Shown piece after piece: positions 25,951 through 32,000 of a stretch of DNA of 32,000 nucleotides; the first letter of the stretch is position 1; each line of letters starts with the position of its first letter. The notes under the pieces are model-generated. The model ran no database searches, was not told where the DNA came from, and worked only from the letters and a program-made list of their open reading frames with translations. Both the position numbers and the translations under genes were made by a program. Source of the stretch: Delftia acidovorans NBRC 14950 (GTDB taxonomy: Bacteria; Pseudomonadota; Gammaproteobacteria; Burkholderiales; Burkholderiaceae_C); assembly GCF_001598795.1 (NCBI RefSeq), contig NZ_BCZP01000015.1, positions 60,001 to 92,000 of the forward strand, in the 5' to 3' direction.

Positions 25951-26691
25951 CTAGTCTTGTTGTTTGGCGAAGACGTAGCCCACGCCGCGCACCGTGAGGA
26001 TGCGCTTGGGCGCCTTGGGGTCGGCCTCGATAGCGGCGCGGATGCGGCCCATGTGCACGTCGATGGAGCGGTCGAAGGCCTCCAGCTCGCGGCCGCGCAC
26101 GGCCTCCATGATCTGGTCGCGCGTGAGCACGCGGCCCGCGCGCTCGGCCAGCGTGACCAGCAGATCGAACTGGTAGGAGGTCAGCTCGCAGGGCTGGCCC
26201 GCCACGGTGACGCTGCGCGCGTCGCGGTCGATCTCCAGGCTGCCGAAGCGCAGTGCCGTGGTCGGCTGGCCGGCGGCCGTGCCCTCGCCGCCGCCGCGCC
26301 GGCGCAGGATGGCGCGGATGCGCGCCAGCAGCTCGCGCGGCTCGAAGGGCTTGGGCAGGTAGTCGTCGGCGCCGATCTCCAGGCCGATGATGCGGTCCAT
26401 GGGGTCGCCCTTGGCCGTGAGCATCAGCACCGGCACCTGGGCTGCGGGGCCGGGCAGGGCGCGGATGCGCCGGCAGACCTCCAGGCCGTCCATGTCGGGC
26501 AGCATGAGGTCGAGGATGACAAGGTCGGGCAGGTCGGCGCCGGCCACGCCGTCGGCGGGCTGCAGCTGCTCCAGGCCGCTGCGGGCATCGCCCATGTGCG
26601 TGACCTGCAGGCCGTTGTTGCCCAGGTAGTCACCCACCATCTGCGCGAGGCGGGTGTCGTCTTCGATCATCAGAAGATGGTGCGTACTCAT
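25951..26691 (-). CDS. OmpR-family response regulator
   Basis: MSTHHLLMIEDDTRLAQMV...DLVILDLMLPDMDG...LTAKG receiver domain plus a winged-helix C-terminus (RILTVRGVGYVF). ATG 26709 is an alternative start; the ORF-track start 26964 is clearly too long. Confidence 0.88.
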   Translation of the reverse strand: MSTHHLLMIEDDTRLAQMVGDYLGNNGLQVTHMGDARSGLEQLQPADGVAGADLPDLVILDLMLPDMDGLEVCRRIRALPGPAAQVPVLMLTAKGDPMDRIIGLEIGADDYLPKPFEPRELLARIRAILRRRGGGEGTAAGQPTTALRFGSLEIDRDARSVTVAGQPCELTSYQFDLLVTLAERAGRVLTRDQIMEAVRGRELEAFDRSIDVHMGRIRAAIEADPKAPKRILTVRGVGYVFAKQQD

Positions 26692-26813
26692 GGAGGGCAG
26701 TGTATTCATGCTGGGGCCTGGCGTCGTATTGCGACGATGCTCGCAGCGCCCCGTCAGCCGTGCTTGTCGCTTGCGTAAAGTTCGGTAAAACAGCGCAGCC
26801 TGCGGCCAGCCGC

Positions 26814-28184
26814 TCAACTGCCGCGTTGCGCGGGCCGCACCGCATGCACGCGCGAGGCCAGCGCGATCAGCACCAGCACGGGCAGGCCCAGCAGGGCCGT
26901 GGCCTGGAAGAAGCTCACGTAGCCATGCGCATCGACAAAGGCGCCCGAGAAGCCGGCCAGCCACTTGGGCGCCAGCAGCATCATGGAGCTGAACAGCGCG
27001 TACTGCGTGGCCGAGTACTGCACATTGGTCAGCCCCGACAGGTAGGCGATGAAGGCCGCCGAGGCGATGCCGCCGGCCAGGTTGTCCGCGCTCACCACCC
27101 AGACCAGCGCATTCACGTCATGGCCGCGCGTGGCCAGCCAGGCGAACAGCAGGTTGGTGGCGGCCGACAGCGCGGCGCCCAGCATCAGCACGCGCATCAC
27201 GCCCCAGCGCATGGCCAGCGCCCCGCCCAGGAAGGCGCCCGCCAGCGTCATGATCACGCCGTACACCTTGGTCACGGCGGCCACCTCGTCCTTGGTGAAG
27301 CCCATGTCCACGTAGAAGGGGTTGGCCATGATGCCCATGACCACGTCGCTGATGCGGTAGATGGCGATCAGGCCCAGCACCAGCAGCGCCTGCCAGCGGT
27401 AGCGGCCCAGGAAGTCGGCGAAGGGCTCGACCAGCGCGCTGTGCAGCCACTCGGCCGCGTTGCGGGCAGGCGCCAGCGGGCGTGGCACCGGTTCCGGCGA
27501 GAGCAGCACGGTCAGCATGCCCACGGCCATGGAGGCGGCCATGGCCAGGTAGGCCACCTGCCAGGCACCGCTCTGGTAGCCCGCCGTGCCCGCCACCTCG
27601 GCGCGGGCGGCCAGCCACAGCACGCCGGCGCCGGCCCAGATCATGGCCAGCCGGTAGCCGGTCTGGTAGGTGGCGGCCAGCGCGGCCTGGCGCTCGGTGT
27701 CGGCCGATTCGATGCGGTAGGCGTCCAGCGCAATGTCCTGCGTGGCCGAGCCGAAGGCCACGGCCAGCGCGCACCACACCAGCGGCGTGAGCGAGACGCG
27801 CGGATCATTGAACGCCATGCCGCACAGCCCGGCGACGATGAGCATCTGCGCGAACAGCAGCCAGCCGCGCCGCCGCCCCAGCCAGCGCGTGAGCAGCGGC
27901 AGCGGCATGCGGTCCACCAGCGGCGACCAGACCCACTTGAAGGCATAGGCCAGGCCCACCCAGCTCAGGTAGCCGATGGTGGTGCGGTCCACGCCGGCCT
28001 CGCGCAGCCAGAACGACAGCGTGCCCAGCACCAGCAGCAGCGGCAGGCCTGCCGAAAAACCCAGGGCCAGCATGCGCAGACTGGCCGGCTCGGCATAGAC
28101 GCGCAGGGTCTGGCCCCAACTGCGGCGGGGCGTTTCGGCGGCGGTGGAGGGGGCGGAGGAGGGGGTGGTGGACGGCTCGGTCAT
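26814..28184 (-). CDS. ampG: Muropeptide (anhydromuropeptide) permease AmpG, MFS
   Basis: LGFSAGLPLLLVLGTLSFWLREAGVDRTTIGYLSWVGLAYAFKWVWSPLVDRMPLPLLTRWLGRRRGWLL closely parallels E. coli AmpG. ATG 28184 chosen. Confidence 0.85.
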   Translation of the reverse strand: MTEPSTTPSSAPSTAAETPRRSWGQTLRVYAEPASLRMLALGFSAGLPLLLVLGTLSFWLREAGVDRTTIGYLSWVGLAYAFKWVWSPLVDRMPLPLLTRWLGRRRGWLLFAQMLIVAGLCGMAFNDPRVSLTPLVWCALAVAFGSATQDIALDAYRIESADTERQAALAATYQTGYRLAMIWAGAGVLWLAARAEVAGTAGYQSGAWQVAYLAMAASMAVGMLTVLLSPEPVPRPLAPARNAAEWLHSALVEPFADFLGRYRWQALLVLGLIAIYRISDVVMGIMANPFYVDMGFTKDEVAAVTKVYGVIMTLAGAFLGGALAMRWGVMRVLMLGAALSAATNLLFAWLATRGHDVNALVWVVSADNLAGGIASAAFIAYLSGLTNVQYSATQYALFSSMMLLAPKWLAGFSGAFVDAHGYVSFFQATALLGLPVLVLIALASRVHAVRPAQRGS

Positions 28185-28270
28185 GTTGTGCTGCGGCAGG
28201 CTGCGGCCATTATCGGGCCCATGGTGGCGCGGACTGGCGCGCGCTACCATCGCGGGCACAGGATGCCGCC

Positions 28271-28999
28271 ATGGCCTACACCCTCTCTTCCCTCCACAGC
28301 GATGCCGCCGCGCAAGACGGCGCGGCCGATGCCACCGATACCGCCTTCGCGCCGCACAGCTCGGTGCGCAGCTACAGCGGCGAGCACCAGGCCCATGCCC
28401 ACGGCCATGCGCAGATCCTCTATGCCCTGCAGGGCCGCATGGAGCTGGAAGTGGGCGGGCGCAGCGCCTTTGTGGACGCCGTCAGCGGCATGCTCATCCC
28501 CGCCGGCGTGGACCACGGCTACCTTGCGGCGCCGCGCTCGCGCGTGTTCGTCATCGATGCGCCCAGCGGCCCGGGGCTGGACCGGATGCGGCGCTTTTCC
28601 GTGCCACCGGCCCTGCGCGGCCGGGAGTCGGAAGGCCCGGCCACAGAGCAGCTGGCCCAGGTGCTGCAGGCGCCCGGCCTGCTGGCGCGCCGGGGGCTGG
28701 ACTTGCAAGGGCTGGCCGCGCAGGTGCAGGCCGCGCTGCACGAGGACTGGCCCACGGCCCGGCTGGCCGCCCTGTGCCACATGAGCGCCCAGCGCTTTCA
28801 CGCGCGCTTTGTGGAGCTGGCGGGCCAGCCGCCCCAGGCCTGGCTGCGTGGCCTGCGCCTGGATGCGGCCGAGCGCGGGCTGGCGCGGGGCCTGCCCCTG
28901 GAGGCCACGGCGCTGCGCTGCGGCTATGCCTCGGCCAGCGCCCTGGCCTATGCGCTGCGGCGCGACCGGGGCGTGACGGCGCGGCAGCTGCGCGGCTAG
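28271..28999 (+). CDS. AraC-family transcriptional regulator (cupin N-terminus plus HTH_18 C-terminus)
   Basis: The C-terminal region LAALCHMSAQRFHARFVELAGQPPQAWLRGLRLDAAERGL...LRCGYASASALAYALRRDRG is a typical AraC double HTH. Confidence 0.8.
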   Translation: MAYTLSSLHSDAAAQDGAADATDTAFAPHSSVRSYSGEHQAHAHGHAQILYALQGRMELEVGGRSAFVDAVSGMLIPAGVDHGYLAAPRSRVFVIDAPSGPGLDRMRRFSVPPALRGRESEGPATEQLAQVLQAPGLLARRGLDLQGLAAQVQAALHEDWPTARLAALCHMSAQRFHARFVELAGQPPQAWLRGLRLDAAERGLARGLPLEATALRCGYASASALAYALRRDRGVTARQLRG

Positions 29000-29070
29000 C
29001 CCGTTCACAGTCTCCGGACTACGAGCGTTTCTCGACAAATGCCCGGCCGCGCCCGGCGCAACATGGCGCC

Positions 29071-30042
29071 ATGGTTCGCAATTCTTCCGCTTCTTCCTCC
29101 GCCGTCGGCATCGCCTTCGTTTCGGTGGCCGCCGTGCTCTGGGGCACGACGGGCACGGCGCAAAGCCTGGGCGCGGGCGGGCTCTCGCCGTTCTGGGTGG
29201 GCGCCGCGCAGCTGGCGGTTTCCAGCCTGTTTCTGGGGGCGCTGCTGGCGGTTTCCCATTGGAGGCTGCGCGGGCGGGCCGGGCAGGGCGGGGCACCCGT
29301 CCAGCCGCTGCTGCCCAACCCGATGCACCTGGGACTGCGCCCGGCCTGGTTCGTGCTGGCATCCATGGGAATCGGCGGCTACAGCATCTTCTTCTACGAG
29401 GGCGTGACGCTCACGGGCGTGGCCGTGGGCACGGCCGTGGCCATTGGCAGCGGCCCCATCTGGGCCGGGCTGATGCAGGCGCTGGTGCTGCGCGCGCCCC
29501 TGTCTGTCCTGTGGTGGGCCGGCACGCTGGTGAGCGTGGCGGGAGGTGCGGCCATGGTGATGGCCCGGGGCGGTGCCACGCTGTCCTGGAGCGGCCTGGC
29601 CCTGTGCCTGCTGGCGGGGCTGTCGTACGCGGGCTATGCGCTGATCAACAAGCGCCTGGTCACCCACATGTCGCCGCGCGTGGTGAATTTCTATGTCTTC
29701 ACCGGGGCGGCCTGCATGGCGGTGCCGATTGCGCTGGTGCAAAGCGGCCTGCCGCAGTGGAGCCTGGCGGCCGTGCTGGTGGTGGTCTACCTGGGCGTGG
29801 TGGTGTCGGGCCTGGCGCACATGCTGTTTTCCATCGGGCTGCGCAGCATCTCGGGCCCCACGGGCGTGACGCTGAGCCTGATCGAGCCCGTGGCGGCCTT
29901 CGTGCTGGCGGTGTGGGTCGTGGGCGAGCGGCAGCCGCTGCAATCGTGGCTGGGGCTGCTGGCCGTGCTGGCGGGGCTGATGCTGGTGATCGGCGCCGAG
30001 ATGCGGGCGCAGCGGGCCGTGATGGCCGCGCAGATGGCGTAA
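29071..30042 (+). CDS. EamA/DMT-family transporter
   Basis: ATG 29071 inside the artefactually long 28144 ORF. MVRNSSASSSAVGIAFVSVAAVLWGTTGTAQS..., 10 TM, two EamA-like halves. Confidence 0.78.
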   Translation: MVRNSSASSSAVGIAFVSVAAVLWGTTGTAQSLGAGGLSPFWVGAAQLAVSSLFLGALLAVSHWRLRGRAGQGGAPVQPLLPNPMHLGLRPAWFVLASMGIGGYSIFFYEGVTLTGVAVGTAVAIGSGPIWAGLMQALVLRAPLSVLWWAGTLVSVAGGAAMVMARGGATLSWSGLALCLLAGLSYAGYALINKRLVTHMSPRVVNFYVFTGAACMAVPIALVQSGLPQWSLAAVLVVVYLGVVVSGLAHMLFSIGLRSISGPTGVTLSLIEPVAAFVLAVWVVGERQPLQSWLGLLAVLAGLMLVIGAEMRAQRAVMAAQMA

Positions 30043-30123
30043 CTCTTTGTAGGCCGGCGCCGCTCTTCACGATGCGCTGTTCTCCGCATGTTTCAGGCAT
30101 GCGTGGCCGCTAGACTTGGCGGC

Positions 30124-31005
30124 ATGCAGCAGCCATCCCATCTCTTCTCCGAATCCTGTGCCCCGTCCGCCTGGGGCTGTGCCTGCGCGCCCTGGCGCGC
30201 GCGTCGCGGTTTTCTGCTGGCCGGCAGCGCGGCGGCCATGGGGCTGGCCACGGCGCCGGTGGCGGCACAGGTGCAGGTGGGCGGTGCCTCGGGCCTGCGC
30301 AAGCTGGTGCCGGCCGAGACGCTGGAAGGCGCCGCCACCGACCAGTACCAGCAACTGCTGGCCAAGGCCCGCGCCCAGGGCGCACTGGCTGGCGACAGCA
30401 ACCCGCAGCTTCAGCGGCTGCGCGCCATTGCCCGGCGGCTGATTCCGTACACCGCCCAATGGAACCCGCGCGCCAATGCCTGGCGCTGGGAGGTGAATCT
30501 GATCGGCAGCAAGGAGATCAACGCCTTTTGCATGCCGGGCGGCAAGATCGCCTTCTACACCGGCATCATCGACCAGCTGCAGCTCACCGACGACGAGATC
30601 GCCATGATCATGGGCCACGAAATGGCCCATGCGCTGCGCGAGCACTCGCGCGAGCAGTTGGCCAAGAACCAGGCCACCAGCATCGGCATCTCGCTGGGCG
30701 CCCAATTGCTGGGTCTGGGCGACCTGGGCAATGCGGCGGCCCGCCTGGGCGGCCAGTTGCTGTCGCTGAAATTCAGCCGGGGCGATGAGAGCGAGGCCGA
30801 CCTCGTGGGCCTGGAGCTGGCCGCGCGCGCCGGCTACAACCCCCAGGCCTCGGTCTCGCTGTGGCGCAAGATGGGCCAGGCCACGGGCGACCGTGGTGGT
30901 CTGGAATTCCTGTCCACCCACCCCGCAGGCCCCGAGCGCATCCGCGAGCTGGAGCGCAACATCCCGCGCGTGGAAGGCCTCTACGAGGCCGCACGGCGCG
31001 GGTAG
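30124..31005 (+). CDS. M48-family zinc metallopeptidase with a Tat-type signal
   Basis: HEMAH zinc motif (MIMGHEMAHALREH), a downstream ESEAD glutamate and THPAGPERI. The N-terminal RRGFLLAGSAAAMGLATAPVAA resembles a twin-arginine signal. Confidence 0.82.
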   Translation: MQQPSHLFSESCAPSAWGCACAPWRARRGFLLAGSAAAMGLATAPVAAQVQVGGASGLRKLVPAETLEGAATDQYQQLLAKARAQGALAGDSNPQLQRLRAIARRLIPYTAQWNPRANAWRWEVNLIGSKEINAFCMPGGKIAFYTGIIDQLQLTDDEIAMIMGHEMAHALREHSREQLAKNQATSIGISLGAQLLGLGDLGNAAARLGGQLLSLKFSRGDESEADLVGLELAARAGYNPQASVSLWRKMGQATGDRGGLEFLSTHPAGPERIRELERNIPRVEGLYEAARRG

Positions 31006-31033
31006 GCAGCCGCCTTCAGGCGGCGGCTTTTTG
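31006..31033 (+). terminator. Rho-independent terminator of the M48 gene, overlapping the 3' end of the convergent ALDH gene
   Basis: GCAGCCGCC-ttca-GGCGGCGGC (one A.G mismatch) followed by TTTTTG. The ALDH stop codon (31016-31018) lies in the loop. Confidence 0.6.
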
Positions 31034-32000
31034 CTTTGGTTGGTAGCCCATGACGGCCTTGACTTCAAGGTACTCCTTGAAGCCGTGCTCGCCCCATTCC
31101 CGGCCCGTTCCTGACTGCTTGTAGCCGCCGAACGGCGCGCCGAAGTCCGGTCCTGCACCGTTGAGATGGACCATGCCGGTGCGCAGGCGCGATGCCACAC
31201 GGCGTGCGCGCTCCAGGCTGCCTGACTGCACATAGCCCGACAGTCCGTAGGGCGTGTCGTTGGCCTGGGCGATGGCCTCCTCCTCCGTGTCGTAGGGCAG
31301 GATGACCAGCACGGGGCCGAAGATCTCCTCGCGCGCAATGGTCATGTCGTTGCGCACGTCGGCGAATACCGTGGGCCGCACGAAGTAGCCGCGCGCAAGG
31401 CCCTCGGGGCGGCCCGTGCCACCGGCCACCAGGGTGGCGCCTTCGGCGATGCCGGCCTCGATCAGGCCCTGGATCTTGCGGAACTGCGCCTCGCTGACCA
31501 CGGGGCCCATGTGCATGGCGCCCGTGTCGGCCAGTGCATCGCCCACCTTCATGCCCTCGGCAGCGGCCTTGGCCGCGGCCACGGCGCGCGCATGCAGGGC
31601 GCGCGGCACAAACATGCGCGTGGGTGCGTTGCAGCTCTGGCCCGAATTGGTGAAGCAGGCGTTCACGCCCTGGGTCACGGCCTTTTCGATGTCGGCGTCG
31701 TCCAGCACGATGTTGGCCGACTTGCCGCCCAGCTCCTGCGTCACGCGCTTGACGGTATCGGCCGAGGCCTTGGCCACGGCAATGCCCGCGCGCGTGGAGC
31801 CCGTGAAGGTCATCATGTCGATGCCGGGGTGCACGGACATGGCCTCGCCCACCGAGGGGCCGTCGCCGTTGACCAGGTTGAACACGCCGGCGGGCACGCC
31901 CGCTTCGTGCAGGATCTCGGCCACCAGGATGGCATTGAGCGGCGCGATCTCCGAGGGCTTGAGCACCATGGTGCAGCCCGCCGCCAGGGCCGGTGCCACC
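31016..32000 (-). CDS. NAD(P)-dependent aldehyde dehydrogenase (N-terminus outside window)
   Basis: [11 protein letters not shown] (catalytic Glu region), [13 protein letters not shown] (catalytic Cys) and EEIFGPV motifs. The ORF runs off the right window edge. Confidence 0.88.
   Translation of the reverse strand, partial: VAPALAAGCTMVLKPSEIAPLNAILVAEILHEAGVPAGVFNLVNGDGPSVGEAMSVHPGIDMMTFTGSTRAGIAVAKASADTVKRVTQELGGKSANIVLDDADIEKAVTQGVNACFTNSGQSCNAPTRMFVPRALHARAVAAAKAAAEGMKVGDALADTGAMHMGPVVSEAQFRKIQGLIEAGIAEGATLVAGGTGRPEGLARGYFVRPTVFADVRNDMTIAREEIFGPVLVILPYDTEEEAIAQANDTPYGLSGYVQSGSLERARRVASRLRTGMVHLNGAGPDFGAPFGGYKQSGTGREWGEHGFKEYLEVKAVMGYQPKQKAAA

Noticed and set aside
28141-28172. G-tract-rich segment (ggtggagggggcggaggagggggtggtgg) as a G-quadruplex or regulatory element
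   Set aside because: Only two runs of three or more G. It lies inside the 5' coding region of ampG on the opposite strand (encoding the Ser/Pro/Thr/Ala-rich N-terminus), which explains the composition.
28144-29070. Long N-terminal extension of the 28144..30042 ORF (632 aa)
   Set aside because: The extension overlaps the well-supported AraC gene in another frame and is Arg/Ala/Pro-rich. The transporter-like sequence begins only at ATG 29071.

Overview
High-GC (about 68-70% by eye) proteobacterial chromosome; the protein sequences look like Burkholderiales/Comamonadaceae, but that is an inference I cannot verify without a search. Most of the window is ordinary core genome. It holds glycolate oxidase subunits glcE (5' truncated by the window edge) and glcF separated by a DUF1275 membrane gene, and a ProQ/FinO-like RNA chaperone. 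These are followed by an orphan AmiS/UreI channel, two EamA/DMT transporters, lplT, alanine racemase and a divergent MarR/siderophore-interacting-protein pair with a perfect palindromic operator. Further on are an initiator tRNA-fMet, radA, ilvE, a five-gene LPS/O-antigen-type glycosylation cluster and an MFS/DUF4440 operon with a divergent LysR. The right end carries an OmpR-type two-component system, ampG, an AraC regulator, a Tat-signal M48 metallopeptidase and a 5'-truncated aldehyde dehydrogenase. I found no CRISPR array, rRNA, transposase, integrase or prophage genes. The one clearly atypical segment is about 21585-24715, between the LysR gene and the histidine kinase. It has visibly lower GC and no recognisable housekeeping function. 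It encodes a 514-aa S8 subtilase with an intact catalytic triad but no signal peptide. That gene is translationally coupled (ATGA overlap) to an 89-aa ORF that resembles the protease's own N-terminal pro-domain-like segment. Convergent to this pair is a 146-aa orphan ORF whose Shine-Dalgarno sits inside a hairpin, preceded by about 300 nt of densely structured non-coding DNA with mutually exclusive pairings. This is my best candidate for an undescribed protease-based module (defence-like or toxin/inhibitor-like). The functional reading is inference only. No known partner such as the IetA ATPase is present.
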